Source: Lingula anatina
Taxonomy: Eukaryota > Animalia > Brachiopoda
Assembly (NCBI GenBank): GCA_051362555.1
Contig: CM120640.1
Location: forward strand, 64,272,788-64,336,787
Length of the DNA stretch: 64,000 nucleotides
Direction of reading: 5' to 3'
Position numbers and translations under genes: made by a program. The notes under the pieces are model-generated. The model had not been told where the DNA came from and made no database searches. It worked only from the letters and a program-made list of their open reading frames with translations. Below are positions 59,520 to 64,000 of the stretch, in pieces; the stretch's first letter is position 1; each line of letters opens with the position of its first letter.

Positions 59520-62500
59520 AGGTCTTTCAGGCCCATAAGTCACAACTTAAGAAGAGCACAAAACAATAATGCACAAAATAGGAGACTACCACTTCTGATG
59601 CAATAATACATTATGTTTAACTGCACAGTCAACATCAAATTTTAATTTTGCACAACAGGTAACACCGATGAGAGTAAAAGCATAAGGCTTCAGGCCCATC
59701 AGAGTTCAAGTTTATACTTAGAAAGTGCCAGAATGAGAAAAATGAAATTTCACACAAAATTGCATTAAATTCAATAATAAATGATAACCCAATTGACCTG
59801 GCTTTCTAATTTGAACTGCATGCCAATCCTAAAAATCATACTCTTAAGTTAAATATAATAATAAATAACACAGTTTTCTTTTCATAATGTTTGCAGTAGC
59901 AGTGCAAAAAGATTATTGTCAATTTTGATGTAACATTACATAATAAATTATAGAATAATTATCACCAATTTTTGATTATTGACTATAAATAGCATGAACA
60001 TGTAGAAAATTTGATTACCATCCGGCTTCATGTCCATGGGAGCTCCGAGTCCCACAATGAATATGCCAAAAAGATAATGAATATTTCACTAAAATGAATA
60101 ACTTCCAGAAAAAGAAGCCCATTAGACTGCTTTTCCAACTTGGGCTGCATTTTAGTCCTGTGTTTCTTTTTTGAAAGTTTGACAATCATAACGAACACGG
60201 TTTTCCCATCATGGTCATCATGGCAGATGTGGATGATTGAATCTGACAAACTGCAATGATATGAGTTTATTTCCGTTTTGGACACTTGATTACACAATAC
60301 ATGATAACAAGTTTACCATCATTTTTACATAATCAACTAACAATGTTGTAAAGATGCAGGAAATATCAAACACACACTTTTACGTATCTTATTAGTTCAA
60401 TAATGAGACTGTTAACATGCCTAAGAATTGAATCTGAGGAAATTTGAAAAAACAGTACAACTTCTAAAATAATGGCCCGATAACACTGATTTTCGAACTC
60501 AACCTGCATTTTTGTAAGATTGACCACTCCTGTGAGTATAATGACAATTGGCTTAGCTGTTTTTCTTATATTGTGTTATTAATGTTGCATTTATGTTGAA
60601 AAAAGTGAAAAAACAGCATAAAAAAATTAAAAGAAAATGTAAAATAAAACATAACAAAAAATACCAATAAAGCTGCTATTCAAACTTTTAATCTAGCTGT
60701 ACAATTACTAACATGATATGAATAACCCTATTGAGTTTGAGAATAATAAGGCACTGTTATTCATCTTTAGCATTAATGTAAGCGTTACACAAATTTTTTT
60801 TTGTAAACTTATTTTCCATATTAAATAACATTTACCTGCATAATAATCATCGATTCCTAATTATGTGACACAGTTAAGAAAGCTAAACCGATGGGACTTT
60901 ACAATGAAATCTCAATGTGTGTTTATGTAATCTCATTTAATACCCACTTGAAAATTAATTAAGCAAATTATTTTATAACCCTGAAATAACTTGAAAATCA
61001 ATTAAGCAAATTATTTTATAACCCTGAATTAACTGCCTACTATCCATATACATTTATTGCACCAAATAGCACTGTACTGCATTGCTTTCAAAACAGAAAA
61101 CAATTATGATGGTTTTCCAACACAAGCTGCACTTCACTCTTTTCAGTAAGGTTGATTATCATAAGTAACATGGTTTTCCCTTAATCGCTATCCTGGCAGC
61201 AGTGTCCAAAATAGGGTTTTCTTTAACTTTCATGCAATATAACATAATACTTAACAGCATAATGACCATCAAATTTTTATAAAAAAATAAAAGTATCATG
61301 GATATTCAGAAAATGTGATATGGAAAGGTCTCCAAGGACATGGAAGTTAGGGTCACACTTTCAAAATGCCAAAATGTTAACAAGAGATAACTGTACTGAA
61401 ATGATTTTCTTTCCATTTTCAACACCTTTTTTTACATAAAACCATCATCAATTAACTGTCATTTTTAAATGATCAACTAGGAAAATTGTTGACATAGGAA
61501 AAATATCAATAGAACAATTTATAATGTCCAATTAGCTCCATTTGGAGATTCTGAACATAGTGAATGATTGAATCTGACGAACTGCAATGATGAGTTCCTT
61601 TCCATTTTTGATACTTTATTACACAATGCAGGATAATAGGTTTACCGTCATTTTTATATAATCAACTAACAATATTGTTAAGAAGCAGAAAATGTTAAAA
61701 CAACACTTTAACATATCCAATTAGTACCGTTATGAGACTGTTAACATGCTTAAGAATTAAATCTGAAGAAAAACCACTTATATACAAAAAGGCTAATAAC
61801 TTCATCAAAACTTAACTGATCAAGCTTATTTTCAAACTTGATCTGTATACTGGTCAGATTGATCACTCCTGTGAGTTGCAAGACAAAAGGCTGATTGGTT
61901 TTCCTTAAAATGCGTTATCAGTGTTGCATTTATGCTGAATAAAGGGAAAAAAACAGCATTACTTTTGTAAAAATAGTCCAATCATGCCAATTTTCAAACT
62001 TGACCTGCGTATAATAAATATTCACCAGTTCTGTAAATTTCAATCCAAGGAAAGGAAAAACATTTTTACACTTATCATGTTATCGGTGTTATAAAAGTGC
62101 TGAAAAAATTGAAAAAAAACAAAAAAAAAAAACAGGATAACTTCCATAAAAATTGCCCGATCTTGCTGATTTTCAAACTTGACCTGCGTATTATGAATAT
62201 TAATCAGTTTTGTAAGTTTCAAGCCAAATGAAAAAACAGTTTTCCACTTATTGTGTTATCAGTGCTGCATATATGCTGAAAAAAGTGAAAAAACAGCATA
62301 AATTCCCTAACAATAATGGAATCATGCTGATTTTCGAACTTGACTTGCGTATTATGAATATTTATCAGTTCTACAAGTTTCAAGCCAAAAGGTAAATTGG
62401 TTTTCCACTTATGGTGTTATCGGTGCTGCATATATGCTGAAAAATAGTGAAAAAACAGCATAAATTCCCTAAAAATGACCCAATCATGCTGATTTTCGAA

Positions 62501-63115
62501 CTTGACCTGTGTATTATGAATATTAATCAGTTTTGTAAGTTTCAAGCCAAAAGGTAGGATGGTTTTCCACTTATTGTGTTATCGGGGTTGCATATATGCT
62601 GAAAAAAGTGAAAAAACAGCATAAATTCCCTAAAAATGACCCGATCATGCTGATTTTCGAACTTGACCTGCGTATTATGAATATTCATCAGTTCTGTAAC
62701 TTTCAAGCCAAAAGGTAAAATGGTTTTTCACTTATCGTGTTATCGGTACTGCATATATGCTGAAAAAAGTGAAAAAACAGCATAAATTCCCTAAAAGTGA
62801 CCCAATCATGCTGATTTTCGAACTTGACCTGCGTATTATGAATATTCATCAGTTTTGTAAGTTTCAAGTCAAAAGGTAAAATGGTTTTCCACTTATCGTG
62901 TTATCAGTGCTGCATATATGCTGAAAAAAGTGAAAAAACAGCATAAATTCCCTAAAAGTGACCCGATCATGCTGATTTTCGAACTTGACCTGCGTATTAT
63001 GAATATTCATCAGTTCTGTAAGTTTCATACCAAAAGAAAAAACAGTTTTCCATTTATCGTGTTATCAGTAAAAGTGCACGGCGACGGCGATGGCGACGAC
63101 AGACGCAGATGATGG
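59520..63115 (-). mobile_element. HINE family 2 copy with a 161-bp satellite array (~61830-63070); boundaries approximate
   Basis: GAACTTGACC recurs at 62498, 62659, 62820 and 62981 (period 161); ends with AAAGTGCACGGCGACGG...GACAGACGCAG as at 51170 and 52050, but the terminal hairpin is absent. Confidence 0.75.
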
Positions 63116-64000
63116 CTCGTCGGTTAAAATAGTCCAAAAATCAACGAATGGCTTGGAAATATTTACGACGGAGTGTAGCCTATTATGTCAACAGTGCTTG
63201 ATGCCGTAATTCTCAATGCCGATTCACCGAATGAGTAACTTGTGCCAGGAAATATACCGGTGAGATGATTAGAGACAGTGATATTTTTCGGGTCAACTGA
63301 ACCAGCCCTTTTCGGTTGGATATTTATGAACGACTGTTACTTTTTTTGTTGTTTGCTATGCTTTCTGAGCCGCAATTTTGACATCGCGATTTGCACGCAC
63401 AGCGTAGCACGGACTACAAATGCGTTCCAGACGATTTTGATACTTACTGGCAGTAGTGGTGAGCATCGTGCAGATGTCAAAATCATCAATAGGAGTGCCT
63501 GAATTTTGTGCTACGCACACACGTATCTTATCTTGCTTTTCTAGTCGATCTGTTTTTATACTTTTCAGATCGAGAGTAGGCCTATTGTTGATGAGGCAAG
63601 CAGTCAGAGCAGTCCAGAACTAGAGGGTAAAGAGCTCCCTGAGGTAAAGAGTTTTCTGTTATTTTTAAATAATACAGGCCTTTTAGTTAATCTGGCATAT
63701 TCCTTAGTTTTGATAGTAATGTGTAGGACCCACCTTACCCTCACCTATATTCACATGTAATAATCCACACATACAAAAAACTTATAGTTTAGGGATAACA
63801 ATTGATACGCTTGAGTGCAGGACAATGATTAATTGAAGTGAAACACATTTTGAACAGTTCACAACATTATTACTAGCATGCAATTAAATCAGTGCCAATT
63901 ATTATTATTATTAGTTTTATTATTATTTTACAGCATACTATCTTGTGATGTCAGCCTCATTAGAAAAAAAGCCCTGTATAAAGGTTTAGTAGAGTTGGCA

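Overview
This is AT-rich, intron-containing invertebrate DNA (probably a marine lophotrochozoan; the taxon is my inference). Four host genes are present: the 3' part of a chitin synthase (+), HMG-CoA reductase (-), a divergently transcribed GLMP/NCU-G1 (+) and the 3' part of mitochondrial POLG (-). The dominant feature is a complete 17.6-kb Polinton/Maverick (554-18168; 230-bp TIRs, 6-bp TSD AGTCAT) sitting in a chitin synthase intron that splits the QHDQG|EDRW catalytic motif. It encodes pPolB, integrase, packaging ATPase, major and minor capsid proteins and an adenain protease, plus an intact single-BIR IAP-like gene. Its pPolB carries a GT-AG intron inside polymerase motif B and an in-frame G23 tract. 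A P-superfamily-like transposon (1218-5756, 7-bp TSD) is nested in its first ORF, and several virion genes carry frameshifts or stops. Other introns and spacers hold a non-autonomous Academ-like element, two families of Helentron-type (HINE) elements with 146-bp and 161-bp satellites, a MITE carrying a RecQ-helicase fragment, and a Penelope fragment with a degenerate hammerhead. All calls come from reading motifs by eye; no database search was run.
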